NCBI GenBank assembly: GCA_043228905.1
Contig: JBHGNT010000011.1
Location: 21,576,001-21,640,000, forward strand
Direction: 5' to 3'
From: Azolla caroliniana
Taxonomy: Eukaryota; Plantae; Polypodiophyta
Length of the DNA: 64,000 bases
Both the position numbers and the translations under genes were made by a program. This document shows, one piece after another, positions 63,680 to 64,000 of the stretch. Under the pieces are notes generated by a model that was not told the DNA's origin, did not search any database, and was given only the letters and a program-made list of their open reading frames with translations. Within the stretch, counting starts at the first letter, position 1. Each line of letters begins with the position of its first letter.

Positions 63680-64000
63680 AATATGTCTCTTAACTAACAC
63701 AACACCTTAGTATTGCTAAAATCTCAATAAACATGACATTATTAAGTGCACTGCGCATTAGTATGTGTCCATTGGAAACTAGAATTACAAATCGAAAATG
63801 TGTGATGATGTTGTTGATTCAAGTTTAAGAGAAATGTTTCTAATGGCATGTCCATTGTAAAACTATTATGCTTGGTGTGTGCCTCTCAAAGTACGCAATC
63901 ATGGAAGGTCTTGGTGTTAGAATTTCAATTTTAGTTCAAATGTGCTCCAATCAAAGAAACGTCGACAACATTCGAGCACAAAGTATGGAAAGGACAATAT

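Overview
Plant nuclear DNA, probably from a seed-free land plant such as a fern or lycophyte. This is inferred from a beta-tubulin with the axonemal EGEF motif and from a Tcn1-like chromovirus. Bases 1-29 kb are a nest of LTR retrotransposons. The nest holds at least six members of one Ty3/gypsy clan (LTRs TGTCGTGA...CGACA, tRNA-Trp PBS, DHG protease, GGATTTT slippery site, 4-bp CpG-centred target duplications), a very young intact Ty1/copia (11106-16372), a deleted relative of it, an older copia relic, a self-priming chromovirus fragment and an unclassified non-coding TIR element. Bases 32-64 kb are genic, with four + strand intron-containing genes: an ACHT/Lilium-type plastid thioredoxin, a PTC52/ACD1-like Rieske oxygenase with LINE-filled introns, a GPI-anchored GH17+X8 protein lacking its catalytic nucleophile, and a beta-tubulin. 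The most striking signal is a stack of four mobile elements each separated by the tetramer ACGT, plus two other clan insertions at NCGT, which suggests a CpG-targeting integrase. All coordinates and alignments were derived by eye; no database searches were run.
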